A stretch of DNA of 63,196 nt, filler included, from Globobulimina sp. (GCA_003354225.1; 42 parts of 42 records of this genome joined end to end with filler, not necessarily neighbours in it); one strand, 5' to 3'; shown: positions 25,632-38,755, numbered from the whole stretch's first letter. Made by a program: numbers and translations. Notes: generated by a model from the letters alone, not told the origin.

Positions 25632-26890
25632 AAATCATAACATGACGCATAGTTCATCATTAATATAATAATAGCATCAATTGATAGAGATTCGGCAAAA
25701 TCAACGATTATAATATTTACAAAATATAGTTTGCCATATGTAGTGACAGCGTTTCTTAATGTTGATATAAACCGACTATGAGCAGCGACAAATGAATCGT
25801 AAATGTCTGTATATTTATTTATCTGCGACTGATATTCAATATTAATATCCCAGTATATTTGATTCATTTTTGTTTCACGATCCCAACCTTTTGCCAGCTG
25901 TAACAATACATTACTTATAATAACTTCGTTTGACAACGCTTGTGTTTCTTCAATAATAACATCTGTTTCTTGCACTTCAACTTGTCCGTTTTTACCCTTT
26001 TTACCTTTTGCTTGAATATGTAGATCATCATCACCTACTAAATATTCATTTGCATCGAAAAAGTAACTATCATATCTCTCTGCAGCTGATATTTCCTTTT
26101 TATTTTCATCCTCATTCACAGTCTCATCTGTTATAACTGATGTTTTATCCATAAACAAAACAATTCGAACCCCATAATTCTTAATTAAAATACCAATGTT
26201 ATCTTTTGATATATCATACCTTTTACTTTTTGAATCTGCCATATATTCTCCCAAATCACGCATGATTTGTAAATATATTGTATCTAAATCTGCTGTTGTT
26301 ATTTCAATCAAATCACTAATTTTAATTATAATAATCTCTCCATTCATTTCATTCATATATTGCTTGATATGCGATATCATGGCAGGTAGCGATGCGCCGA
26401 GCATTCCATGATGTGCATAATATTCAGATCCTGATTTCTCTAATCTTATGTCCAAAAATCTGCAACCTTTTTATTTTTATATTCGTTTGTATCCGAAATA
26501 CCGAATCAATTCGACAAAAACATATATTTCGTATTTACCTGATATTAATTGATTGTATATATCATTATGCTGACGAGTGCTCCATTTAATATATTTATTT
26601 GTGTCATTTAAGTATGATATAGCAGAGAAATAACTATCTTTGGATGGTTTTAATGTTGTTTGTATTGCAGAGGCATACATTCCAGAATGGTGTGATCCAG
26701 GCAGTAGTATATCAAATAAACGTTTATCATACAAATCAAATCCGTAATATTCTTCACCTGAAAACAACGACGTCATAGACATCCAATGTGCGTAATATTC
26801 TGTCCTGCTGTCTGGTAATTCACTAAACACTACATGTGAAATTGCCATTATTATTGTCAGCATCAAAAGATTGCTGAAAACCCAACCCAT
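25632..26890 (-). CDS. Secreted PI-PLC X-domain protein (PLCXD-like); intron 26538..26467
   Basis: Signal peptide; LPGSHHSG, IYNQLISG|CRFLDIR, AHHG, IIVDF. Confidence 0.8.
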
Positions 26891-27138
26891 GGTGGTCTAC
26901 ACAGAGACACTAGAGAAAAAGCTGATTTTCTTAGAATGAAAAATCGATGTTTGACACATCAAATTATTGATTAAATAAATAACTTATTATTAAATAACTA
27001 ACAAATGATTATATTAATTATTGTATTTTTTGTTTCAANNNNNNNNNNNNNNNNNNNNNNNNNNNNNNNNNNNNNNNNNNNNTTAATTAATTAANNNNNN
27101 NNNNNNNNNNNNNNNNNNNNNNNNNNNNNNNNNNNNNN

Positions 27139-27627
27139 ATTTTATCGGATGATGCAGTCATATTAATTTCTAACGCATCTGGAGTTATTTTAGGAATAAT
27201 TTATTGTGCTATATTTTATCAATATTGTCCACATAAACAGCATATGGTGAAATTGGTTCAAGCTAGTTTTGCCATCATCACAATATTGTTTTTATTCACA
27301 TTCTTCAGCGACCCACTCTTTGCAGTCAATTCATTGGGTTTATTGGGATCTTTGTCTGCAATCTTATTAATGTCATCGCCTTTGGCTGTGATGAAATCAG
27401 TAATAAGAGATCAAACATCCATTTATTTGCCGATACCAACTGTTATCGCGACATTTATCAACGCATTGACCTGGTTATTATACGGGGTGGTTGTAAAGGA
27501 TCCATTTATTTGGTTTCCAAACGGAATTGGCTTATTGGCCGCATTTGTGCAAGTTTGCTTATTATTTGCATTCGAACGTGAATTGCCAGATAAACCTACA
27601 CTTGATGAGGTTGGTCAATTGTTATAG
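27139..27627 (+). CDS. SWEET (MtN3/saliva) sugar transporter, C-terminal part
   Basis: SSPLAVMKSVIRDQTS...WLLYG...DPFIWFPNGIG. Confidence 0.88.
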   Translation: MLSDDAVILISNASGVILGIIYCAIFYQYCPHKQHMVKLVQASFAIITILFLFTFFSDPLFAVNSLGLLGSLSAILLMSSPLAVMKSVIRDQTSIYLPIPTVIATFINALTWLLYGVVVKDPFIWFPNGIGLLAAFVQVCLLFAFERELPDKPTLDEVGQLL

Positions 27628-27650
27628 AGTTTTTCACAATAAATTTTACT

Positions 27651-28544
27651 TCACTTGAGACTATGTTGCTTCATTTGAGTCACCAGCCAATCATTGAAAC
27701 CTTGTAAAGGATCGGATTCTACATCATCGAACATTGCATAATGTTCGCTAAATATTTGAGCAAATTTAAATCCCATTCTATACATTTGATCAAACATTGT
27801 TTGATTCGGTTTAAACTTTTGAACTATCATTTCTTCGAAAATCCATCTTAATTTATCAAATATATCCATTATATCTCTCTGATATTGTTTTGATAGATAT
27901 TCATTTTGTATATCTTGATCAGATTTGATATTAGCTGCAATATAATTTATTTTGGCAATCATATATTCCAGTTTGTGCTCACTTAATTGGATCAAAATTT
28001 TGGATGTTACAAAGAATTCCTTTGAAATTTCTAGATTTTTCATTGGATTTAACACAGAGTTTTCAATAAATTTCCATTCCAAATATTTATTCTCCTGCGG
28101 CTGTTGAAAACTGATTGTTTCCTTAATTAGCAACTCACTATAAACCAATATCGATTTTAAACACAAATTATAACAAATCGCATTTGGAAACGCAATGTTA
28201 TCCATATTTTTAATCCCATTCAATCCCAAATCGTGACAAATATCCATAGCACATAAGCCATGCTCTGGTTGTTTCATCATAAAATATAACAAACTGAAAC
28301 ATGTCTGGACATCTCCCAAAGCCGCAAAATTATGAATGACACAGCCAAACATCATAATGCTCGGAGCGCCAAGTTTCATAATTGAGTCTTTCAATGTCTT
28401 TTTGGTCAAATTCAACATTTCTTCTTTGCTCAAAAGATTTTCCGCTTGGTTCTTTTCAATATAATCATCATCGGAATTATTCTGACTTTGATTGATTAAA
28501 TCTTTACAGTTTAATCTAAATCCATTGATCATCAATAAATACGT
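27651..28544 (-). CDS. Helical-repeat, possibly PPR-like protein (5' truncated)
   Basis: PSIMMFGCVI, PNAICYNLCL and KPNQTMF motifs. Confidence 0.45.
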   Translation of the reverse strand, partial: TYLLMINGFRLNCKDLINQSQNNSDDDYIEKNQAENLLSKEEMLNLTKKTLKDSIMKLGAPSIMMFGCVIHNFAALGDVQTCFSLLYFMMKQPEHGLCAMDICHDLGLNGIKNMDNIAFPNAICYNLCLKSILVYSELLIKETISFQQPQENKYLEWKFIENSVLNPMKNLEISKEFFVTSKILIQLSEHKLEYMIAKINYIAANIKSDQDIQNEYLSKQYQRDIMDIFDKLRWIFEEMIVQKFKPNQTMFDQMYRMGFKFAQIFSEHYAMFDDVESDPLQGFNDWLVTQMKQHSLK

Positions 28545-28645
28545 ANNNNNNNNNNNNNNNNNNNNNNNNNNNNNNNNNNNNNNNNNNNNTTAATTAATTA
28601 ANNNNNNNNNNNNNNNNNNNNNNNNNNNNNNNNNNNNNNNNNNNN

Positions 28646-30052
28646 TGGATGACATATCAAATCATCCCAATCCATTGCTGTGCCATCTGGGCATTTCCAG
28701 TTAAATTTATTTACATAAATTCTCCCCGCTTTGTCGTCGCCAGCACAAAATGTTTGTGATAAATAAACAGAATCATATTTGTCAATAGACATTGAAGCGT
28801 GCAGATTACAATCAATATTTGCTATTATTTTATGATTATTATTAATATTTGGCCAATATCCATGTTCAAATAATACATTTAAATGTTTATCGAATTTAAT
28901 TAAAACTTGAATAGGTTTATTTTTAATTTCTATTTGCTTCTCTTGTGGCAAATATTGGTTCATCCATTTAATTTTTTCATTTGTTTGATTAAATTCAATT
29001 CCTCCAACCAATAAATATATATTTCCAATGTGATCAAACGATAAACTCAATGGGAATGTTTCTGTCACTTCGACTGAAAAGCTTTCGTTTACAATCGACG
29101 TTTTACCAAAGGACCACATTACTCTCTCCCCCGACAAATTATTCTCGACATATCGAATTATAAATGCTTCTTTTTGTTGGTGTTGCTGATTTATGTTATA
29201 TCCAGACACAAACAAATAATGTATGTCATCTTCTTCCTCATAATGTACATGTAATGCATGGAAATGTGGTTTTATTCCAGGTATTGGCGTTAATTCAAGT
29301 GTTGGCGGGTTTAATTGCATAAAAAAACGTTTGGGAATGACACCAATCGAACCAAACTCTGCAACCGCGCCATACTTTTCTACACTAAATCTCGTAACGA
29401 TTACCAAATCATGATTGGATAACACACCGATTAATGACTCACCGTGTTTGCTATCCCATGTATCTGGTAATGATACAACTGGCTATGTACAGGTAATATA
29501 TATTAAATAAATACAAAACACCTATTTATGACTCAACTGATATTGTTTTCAGTCTCTCCACATTTATTTTGTGGATGTATGCAGCTCTCAATGATGGCGA
29601 ATATCCAATGACATATAAACAAGGTATGACTTCCAAATATTTCTTTCCTGTGATATCGTCCTCTCTCTGTACAACAGCACATTCATTGCCTAATTTAAGA
29701 TCTCTTACATCGCCACACATTCTCTCATCATGCTCGCCTGCGGTCTCTCTGTCGAATCGAGCATATCTTCTATCCACATCTTGCAGAATAGCATGCATTG
29801 TAAGATTGTTTGTGGTTGCATCAAATTTAAACTTTGCAATAAATGTAGACGGTTTAAATGCGGAATCAATATCAAATCCAGTGTCAATTTGATTATTAAT
29901 GCCTCCCACAAATATATTTATAATATTTTCATTGCTATCATCTGAAAATACATCTAACGCAGTACCTACATTATAGGCAATAATAGTATCATTTTGGGGA
30001 TCGTCCCTCATTGAATTCTTTCCAACGACTTGATACTCAATGGATGCGTTAC
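28646..30052 (-). CDS. Hypothetical beta-propeller-like protein fragment, two exons
   Basis: Long ORFs with D..GNIY and DKYDSVY repeats and a Cys-rich end. Confidence 0.5.
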
Positions 30053-30163
30053 NNNNNNNNNNNNNNNNNNNNNNNNNNNNNNNNNNNNNNNNNNNNTTAA
30101 TTAATTAANNNNNNNNNNNNNNNNNNNNNNNNNNNNNNNNNNNNNNNNNNNNGTAATTTCTAT

Positions 30164-31306
30164 TTGTTTTTTATTGAATTAATCAGCAAAAATATTGAAA
30201 CGAATAGGAAAAAAATCGGTGTTTTTGATGCGGATTCAAACGAAGTGACTTTATTACCGGTCACATATTCATTTAACATGAAACCCGAAGTATTGACAAG
30301 AAACGAATCCAACGCAAATGTTTCTGGTCAAATCGAAGCTGATGACAAACAAAAAATGGCTCACGATTTGGTTCAAACGTTTGGTTCAAAATTTGCAGTA
30401 AGAAACATGAGCAAAAAACTAAGATTAGAAAAAACGAAAAACGCCACCATTGCAGCTATGGATAGCATGGATACGGCGCAATTAATGAACGACAAAGAAG
30501 AAGAAGAAGAAGAAAGAGAGTCAAAAAGGACCAAAAAGCGAAAAAGATCAGAAATGGCACCGGGAATAATATTCGATGCAGAAACGGATGAATATGTAAA
30601 TATATTTCAACATCAATTCTCAAAATCACCTTATTGTTTAGTCGATTTTAAATATGATGGAAATCCAAAAAAAGAATCCAAAGTGTATAAATTGCGCCAA
30701 ATTATACCCGCTCATATTTGGAAAAGTAATCAAAGGAATCATGAAAACGTTTGGCGAAAAATCAGTGAATGGGAAGAGCATAAAACCGGTTTGGAACCGT
30801 CAGAATTTGTACGTCGATGTAAGAAATTTTGTGAACAAGTTTTGGCAAAGAAAGGAGCGAAATCGTATACAAAATGGCAAACTAAATTGGTTTTATATGA
30901 TATTTGCATTCGTTTTCTAAAAAATAGCAAGAACAAAGCACCACAATTTATTGATCAATGTCTTTGGCAAAATTTAAAAGCAGGATATTTGGAACAATAT
31001 TTGGCAAAAAAAAACCGTATGGATGAAAGGAAACGGATCAAATATTCAATGACACGACGATCTAAAATGAGGATTGTTGGCGTTGTGTTATTGATTGCAC
31101 TGAGCATTGCATTTTGGAAAATATCTGTTGAAGCATGTAATGATATTGCTAAAGATTTGCAGATTCCATGCAGAGTCATTTTGGAAATATACCGATTATT
31201 GGGATGTGTCAAAGATAAAGATAATGACAAAGTGATTGTTTTGAGAAAGACCATTGTGCGTAGAAAGCCTACCACCACCATTGACGGCGTGTGGTGGGAT
31301 GTTTAA
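30164..31306 (+). CDS. RNA polymerase I A49/PAF53-like subunit (5' truncated)
   Basis: IGVFD...VTLLP, LVQTFGSK, VYKLRQIIP, IAKDLQIP...YRLLGC. Confidence 0.65.
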   Translation: MFFIELISKNIETNRKKIGVFDADSNEVTLLPVTYSFNMKPEVLTRNESNANVSGQIEADDKQKMAHDLVQTFGSKFAVRNMSKKLRLEKTKNATIAAMDSMDTAQLMNDKEEEEEERESKRTKKRKRSEMAPGIIFDAETDEYVNIFQHQFSKSPYCLVDFKYDGNPKKESKVYKLRQIIPAHIWKSNQRNHENVWRKISEWEEHKTGLEPSEFVRRCKKFCEQVLAKKGAKSYTKWQTKLVLYDICIRFLKNSKNKAPQFIDQCLWQNLKAGYLEQYLAKKNRMDERKRIKYSMTRRSKMRIVGVVLLIALSIAFWKISVEACNDIAKDLQIPCRVILEIYRLLGCVKDKDNDKVIVLRKTIVRRKPTTTIDGVWWDV

Positions 31307-31947
31307 AATGTGCATCGTCATCACTAGCTGTTCAAAATTAATTCTTTTTTGCTTTGCGTTCCAGTACAAAAATGCCATGTTAGCTACGAAATAAACGAAG
31401 AGGAAAGTACAATCAGTGCTGGCGCTATCAACGAGCGAGAACCAGATGAAATGTGCAAGGATGAATGTGCAAGGATGAATGTGCGAAAATATGCGTGAAT
31501 GTGCAAGGATGAAACACAACACCCAAAAACAAAAAAATCTATACATAAAAACAAATAAANNNNNNNNNNNNNNNNNNNNNNNNNNNNNNNNNNNNNNNNN
31601 NNNTTAATTAATTAANNNNNNNNNNNNNNNNNNNNNNNNNNNNNNNNNNNNNNNNNNNNGTGGAATGCGGATAAATATTTGTTATCGTTGAAAACACCAA
31701 ACTATCCACAACTGTTTGTGGTGATTTTAGACTCGATGTTTGTGCAAAGCATATTGAGGTCAAAGGAGACAAAAAGAATGGTGAAATTAACAAATTATCC
31801 ATCAAAGATTGTGTGCACTTTTTCCAATACATTGCAGATTGTACCGTTATATCCGGATATGATATTGATACCAAATCAACACGATATTCATGCATTTTTG
31901 TTTACATTTAAATGATTTTTTACATCCTTGCACGACATTTATGTATT

Positions 31948-32566
31948 TTACTCGGTTGGTTTTACGACGTACACTGAGCACTTTGCGTTATGCACACAGT
32001 AATCCGGCACACTGCCGAGAATGTCAATCACTGTTTTAGTCAACTTTTCTTTTAAAGAATGGGTAGAACCTTTACAACCTAACACTAGCGCATCGGCACT
32101 AAATTCATCTGTGGCGTCCACTAAATCTTGTTTGATGGCAATTGAGTCGGAACCAACAACAAATTCAAAGTTTACCTGTTTATAAACATGACAAACAAGA
32201 AAAACGTATATAATTATATATAAATTGTGTTTGCTTAACATCTGGTTTCAACGATTCATGTTTCATTTCATCGACTTGTTTTTCAATTTCATCAATAAAT
32301 TCTTTCTTTTTCCGCTCATATTCTTTTTGTTGTGATTGGGTCAAAGGGATTCCAGGCTGAAATACTAAATGTTCATAAGCAAAATGGTATGAATCCAATG
32401 GTATATGATATCCAATTATGGTATCCCCAGCGTTACTCATTACAAAAGATTCTTTCAATGCTAAATATCCATAACCGGTTCCATCAATTGCTGCCAATAT
32501 GGTTTTATATCTTCGTGCATATACATTTAAACGTAATCTGTTTATATTTACAGCACGACTAAACAT
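31948..32566 (-). CDS. Universal stress protein (UspA-like) with a probable mitochondrial presequence; intron 32239..32176
   Basis: TILAAIDGT, ADALVLGCKG, LGSVPDYCVHNAKCSVYVVK; Arg-rich, acid-free N-terminus. Confidence 0.88.
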
Positions 32567-33166
32567 TACAAATTAAGTAGCTGCACAAATCAGAGTATTA
32601 ATAGATAATCCACTAGCTTAAAATAGAAAAAATTCTCTCGCATTTTCGCACAGACTTAATTGTACACAGTCTTAGTCTCATGATATTCATACCATCTGTT
32701 ATTTACGTTGTATTCGGATACCTATTACTTTTTAGCCCTGTATCTGTGACAGCATATGAAATAAACGTAAATGGGTATGTTTTTAATAATTTTCTGAATT
32801 ATAATTTGTAAACCTTATAATTCGCACTCACAAACCATTCAATTAACAGGCAAAGATTCCAAGTGAATGTATTGAGTCAAAATGGCGAACGCTATCACGA
32901 CCGGATAGATTTCACCGATGATTTTGGCGAGAGATTGGATGTCCAGCCGCATGTCGGCATGACCATGTCTGTCTCCAGGACTGCTGGACACACTCTCGAA
33001 CTCAAGCTTAGGCACACAAGAACCAATCTTGGCGCCTTCTTGGGCCGATCTGGTCCCAAAATGGTCNNNNNNNNNNNNNNNNNNNNNNNNNNNNNNNNNN
33101 NNNNNNNNNNTTAATTAATTAANNNNNNNNNNNNNNNNNNNNNNNNNNNNNNNNNNNNNNNNNNNN

Positions 33167-33422
33167 CACACTTCTAAACACTTCTTTTGTGATTGACCTA
33201 CATTTAGCCCCCCTCTGGTCGATAAGTTGTATACATTTTATTCAATGATCTGAGAAACGCTTTGCAAATCCAGAAACTGTTTTCTATAGGTTTCTTCTGT
33301 TTGCAAATCCAGAACAAAGTCAGAACAAATTTATAATTGAACCAAATGTATACAACGGCGGGGTTATCTTTTGGAATATATCGTTTAGTCAGTCTTAAAA
33401 GAAGTGTTTAGAAGTGTGAACC
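33167..33422. mobile_element. MITE of about 255 bp with perfect 22-bp TIRs
   Basis: CACACTTCTAAACACTTCTTTT (33167-33188) and its reverse complement (33397-33418); non-coding interior; third TIR copy at 2859-2889. Confidence 0.8.
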
Positions 33423-33622
33423 TAAAACGCCAATTGTAAAATATGTTATATGTAATAATATATATATATATATAATTAATTTCACAAACAATTTATAGTA
33501 TAAAAACAATGTAAATAAAATACAAAAATAATTAATAGAATAGAGAGATATAAAAAAATAAGTACGATAAGAGATGTTATAAAAAATTAATTTATTCGAT
33601 AAATAATCGAAATCAATATTAG

Positions 33623-34573
33623 TTAAACTTTATATGCAGTCAAGAATGTCCTTTTTTGTTGTTGTAATAACTGCTTTTTTTGTAAATTTGATTTTTTTTT
33701 AATTTGTAATGAATATTTTTTATAATAAGATGAAAACCATTGATGTTGTAATACATTTTTTGATTTTAATCTTCGAATTTCATTGATATTCAACAAACCA
33801 TTTAATAATGAAAATATTTTTGGATTTATAAATTGTAATAAATCATTGTGGCGAAGATAAAATTTCAATTTATTTTTACAAATCGACCAATATCCAGTAC
33901 CAAATACAGGTTCATTAAAATCTGTTTCTTGGATGGTTTTATACGGATACTTGCCAATAAAACAAAAATAAACTATAATGCCAAATGACCACATGTCAGA
34001 TGCCGATGCATCATAATAACTTTGCTTATCCATATTCGGTGACAAATATTGTTCATTTTCAATGGTAATATGTTGCTTATTACATTTAAAATTGCTGTTA
34101 CTGGCAAACATATCACTGACACCAAAATCAATTAACTTTAATTCGATTCGCGGGTTTATATAAATTGCACCATTTGACCCTTGTGAAAATTGCGCATTTT
34201 TCAGCAGTATATTCTCAACAACGAGGTCCAAATGACAGCCTATGTGGTGATGGTATACGTAGTGTATATTCACATTATATAACTTTAAGAAAAAGATAAT
34301 TATAACATACAATGCATATCATTGTGTAGCCAATGTATGGTAGTCGTTAATTGCCACATTAAATATTTTAGAATTTGATGATAATTCTTCAATTTTAATT
34401 TGCCACATTTAATATATTCATGTGATTTGAGTACGAAATCTTTTAAACTCATACTGTTTTCAATATATTCTGTAATTAAATAAAAATCTGTTTCAGATTC
34501 AACAAAGTCAACATAGTTTACTATGGTATCACCGATCGGTTTATTAAACACTGTTTAATGGCGTAGAATTGAC
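33623..34573 (-). CDS. Ser/Thr protein kinase (HLD variant), C-lobe; intron 34310..34240; in-frame TAA at 34557-34555, so possibly a pseudogene
   Basis: CCHLDLVVENILL, KLIDFG, SDMWSFG, VLQHQWF. Confidence 0.85.
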
Positions 34574-34673
34574 NNNNNNNNNNNNNNNNNNNNNNNNNNN
34601 NNNNNNNNNNNNNNNNNTTAATTAATTAANNNNNNNNNNNNNNNNNNNNNNNNNNNNNNNNNNNNNNNNNNNN

Positions 34674-35094
34674 ACTCCATAAATCCAATGTCATACAAAC
34701 AATGTCTCCTATTTATTATAATTTATGTACCTTTTTATGCATTGGACAGAAAGAAAATAAATAACCAAATTACAAACCAACTGCATATCCAGCACCAGAT
34801 TTTGGATAACTGCCTTGTGTCCATTTACAACTGCTAGCTTGATAAGAATAATTTGCTGTATCTTTTTAAACCTTTACAGTGTGCATCATCGATACCAACA
34901 CTAACATAACCAGAACATTTTTTCATTTCAAATGCCCATCTATAAATTGATGGTGTCATTGAATCAATCACAGTATCTCCATATACAGATGTACGACCAT
35001 CATTAACATGTGTTATTGTTAATTTATCATCACTAGTTTTTATTTTTAGAGCCAGTCTATTAAAATATTCTACATTATTGGACTTTTCATCCAT
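34674..35094 (-). CDS. B30.2/SPRY-like hypothetical protein fragment
   Basis: TSVYG...IYRWAFE...VSVGI pattern. Confidence 0.4.
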
Positions 35095-35363
35095 TTGTGC
35101 ACTATTAAACGAAGTTAAATAGTTACAAAAACGTTTCGCTACTATAAAGAATCACTGGCAGTATTTATACATCTTCGATTGCATGGTGATGTCCTAATAA
35201 TATCTATAAATAACATTGTTTGCAGGTATGTTGTTTTCTTCGAGTAGGGATCCATATTTTGCAGCTCCTTCTTCATACTGGGTATTCAGTTCAGTCTCCA
35301 AAAAATTAAACAAACATAAACGGGGAAGATTGTATTTACATAATTTATGCATGCACAAGACTA

Positions 35364-36080
35364 CTAGTCAGAATTTGCATTCTCTTCAATGTTATTTGTA
35401 ACCAACTCAATTCCAGACACAGTATTCCCTGCCTCTTCCTCCTCGATAACAATAGATCTGTCTACATCGTTATTTATTTCTACATCCATATCCACAGAGT
35501 CTATCTCCTTGGAATCATTTGACTGCATTGCTTTTGGCTTATCATTCTGTATTACTTCCAATACCTCAGATTTCTGTGTACCAATTTCAATCATTGTCGC
35601 CATCTGTTTTTCTTCCATTGTTTTATTATTATTTTGTGCATCCACAGCCTTCATACCACAGTCCATACACATTTGCGTCTTACAGGACCCACCACAATGC
35701 CATACAAATCCATAACACCAGCTCTCACATGTCACACACCTGATCTCTAAACCACTTTTCTTTTCTCTCATTGGTACCAATTTTTTCAGACAATTAGGGC
35801 AATTTGGTAGAGATTTATTATCATTTCCTGGTGCTGCTCCTCCATCAAACTGTTTACTGAGCTCGACCATATTCTCAATTTTCCGCATTTCTTTTCTCAA
35901 CTTTTCTCCCGCATCTTCAACATTAAAGTCATAATCAGCCCGCATTACTTTTGGCATCAAACAGGAGGTAATGGTATGAATAATAATCGCTGTCCACCCA
36001 ACAAAAACCCATAATAAAATTCTGGCATTTCCGTCCGGTCCAAAGGCAACACGTTGATTGGGATCAGCACATTTGACACA
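35364..36080 (-). CDS. Hypothetical protein with a TM segment and a Cys-rich zinc-binding region (5' truncated)
   Basis: CPNC...CVTC..WC...WHCGGSC...CMDC. Confidence 0.5.
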   Translation of the reverse strand, partial: CVKCADPNQRVAFGPDGNARILLWVFVGWTAIIIHTITSCLMPKVMRADYDFNVEDAGEKLRKEMRKIENMVELSKQFDGGAAPGNDNKSLPNCPNCLKKLVPMREKKSGLEIRCVTCESWCYGFVWHCGGSCKTQMCMDCGMKAVDAQNNNKTMEEKQMATMIEIGTQKSEVLEVIQNDKPKAMQSNDSKEIDSVDMDVEINNDVDRSIVIEEEEAGNTVSGIELVTNNIEENANSD

Positions 36081-37056
36081 NNNNNNNNNNNNNNNNNNNN
36101 NNNNNNNNNNNNNNNNNNNNNNNNTTAATTAATTAANNNNNNNNNNNNNNNNNNNNNNNNNNNNNNNNNNNNNNNNNNNNTTTATGATATAAAAAATGTA
36201 GGTAATTCTGTATTATATCCTTTTCAACATAAATATGATTGATATAATTAAACATTTATTCGATTAGTGTAATAAATATAGACTGTAGACGGATAAAATA
36301 AACTGAATTATCGACTTTGCTTTCAATTCAGTTAAATGCACTAATTCTATTTACAATTCTGTTTTTTTTTTGTTCGTCTAACTCAGAAACAACAAAAAAA
36401 AACATTAATTTGTATATATTTTTCAAGTAAAATATTATTGCTGACGTTAATCAACGAAGCAATGTTTTTATTGTGCTGTATCTTCATATTTGTCATTTCA
36501 TTGACGTACAATGAATATATTGTAATTATATTTGGATTAATTGTGGCTATCGACACATTTACAACATCATATGTGATATTTTTTATGCAAATACATAACA
36601 AAAAACATTATAATTCATTTATATTAATAATATATAAATTAGGCTGTTTAGTCTGTTGCAAAAGATTGGCGTTTGACGCAGAGACTGAATTAGCAAAATA
36701 TATGAAAAATAACCAAGACACAGACACTCCAAAACCAAAAACAAAAACAAAAATAAAAAAAGAAGAACCATGATTGATTCCGTTTATTTCTTTCTATCAC
36801 CAAAGATTGTTTAATGCAGTAGAAGAAAATTGTTTTTTTTTAATGGAGCTAAACATACAAATAATCGGTGTGTTGTATGCTGTTTATAATTTGTGTTCAT
36901 GCATTTATTTAATTTTTTTTCTAAATTCATGTTTAATTTTGTGTTCGAGATTGATAAAATTTTATGTTGCATTTTTTTAGCGGAGTGAGTATATTCTTTA
37001 GAAAATTTTTAGTGTCATAACAAACTTTAACCAAATAAACATACTATCTTTGAAAA

Positions 37057-37587
37057 ATGAACAGAAATGCGCTTTTTGCAGAGATCAATAAACGACGAGA
37101 CAACAAAAATGTTGTCGGTATGTATAAACATTATACGTTTTTCCCTCTATTGATCCTTGAAAAAAAAAATATCCACAAAACAGACGACAAAAAAGTAAAA
37201 AAATCCAGCAAATCCAAGAAAGCTCCACCACCAACCAAACAAGATAAAATTACCAAAAAAATCAAACAATCTACAAAAGCAACCTCGATAAACATCCGGC
37301 CAGCATCAGGCGGTGGATCCAGCATAGCGAGAACCACTAATTTAACCCCATCCAATATCAGCAAAATGCCCTCCTTTCGTCTCCCTGGAATGGCTCCACC
37401 AAAAACAAAAACACTCACTGCTCCACCACCCGACACCGACACCAACACCATTGCCACTGACGAACCACCGCAATATGTACTACATATTACATATACATTA
37501 CATCCATAACACGCCTCACCCCATGCACAACTTTTCAGTTTCAAACCATGCCAATTTCGACCTACAACTTGCAATTTCTACACCAGT
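37057..37587 (+). CDS. Pro-rich protein with an N-terminal WH2/CAP-like motif, intron-containing
   Basis: MNRNALFAEINKRR; GT-AG intron near 37118-37182; PPP tracts. Confidence 0.4.
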
Positions 37588-37917
37588 NNNNNNNNNNNNN
37601 NNNNNNNNNNNNNNNNNNNNNNNNNNNNNNNTTAATTAATTAANNNNNNNNNNNNNNNNNNNNNNNNNNNNNNNNNNNNNNNNNNNNACAGCAATTTGTT
37701 TACAACAACCTGATATATCCATCCATACGTTTGAAGTTGTTGTGTAACTGTCTTTGCTGGGAAAAATTGAAAATACTTCTACTGGACATGGTGATTCATA
37801 ATTTGAACCTTCTTTTGTCTCTTCAGCTGCCATTGCATGCAGGAGTCAGTAAAAAAGTTACTGTTTCTTTAGTAACTTCCAAATCATCCGTCATCCTACA
37901 CCCAAATCAAAACCAAT

Positions 37918-38755
37918 ATGAACCTCTTCATTATAACCACCCTCTGCACTCTTTACCGTGCCTATACCAGCGACGTATCTATTGGTGGATTGACCGTTGC
38001 ATTATGGAACAGTACAGGTACAATTGGAGCAATGAATAAATCAGTAACTGGCACATTTAATACTTATAATAATTTCTCCTTCGTACCGCGCGAATCACCA
38101 CGCCGTGGATGTCACAATCTCGGTGATATAACAATACGCATTCGGCCCACTTCCGCAAGTAATGGGTGGTCCTATTTTTCCTCAGCATCCGCAACCGGAA
38201 ATGGTAATGCTCCTCAAATCCATTCCAATGATCCAAAAGTAGTCATAGCTTACAATATAAGCAGCTATTTATCTCAAACAGCAGATCTCAACAATCAGCG
38301 ACATGATCCCTTTTATAATAACATTGTGCCATTACAAGTGATCCGATCCTATGAAAAGGCCGCCGATGGCAATGGATTTATATTACGTTTCAACATTACC
38401 AATACCATACAAAATGACATTGAAATTGGTGCTTTAGGCTTTGCGATGCCCGCTGCCGGACAGCAACATGACATTGAACAGTCTGTGTGGAATGACCCGC
38501 ATATCGGCTTAGACCATGGCTGGGTGGAATGGAGTCGCATCGTGGTGGACGAGCAGGTCATGTTAGCCTTTCCCACCAATACCGACACAAAAACTGCGTT
38601 TGAAGCCTGGAGACCTATTATGGAGAATACCTGCGGCCAATCCGTATGGGAGTATGGCGTACATTCATTGGCCTGGGCTCAGGATTGGAAAACCTCCACA
38701 CAATGGCCCTATTTGTATATGAGTGCGAATCTCAACAGAACCAATATGTGGCCCA
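37918..38755 (+). CDS. Secreted DUF5695-like putative glycoside hydrolase, N-terminal part; downstream sequence probably chimeric
   Basis: Signal peptide; HNLGDITIRIR, IEIGALG, DPHIGLDHG, FEAWRP, VHSLAWA. Confidence 0.6.
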
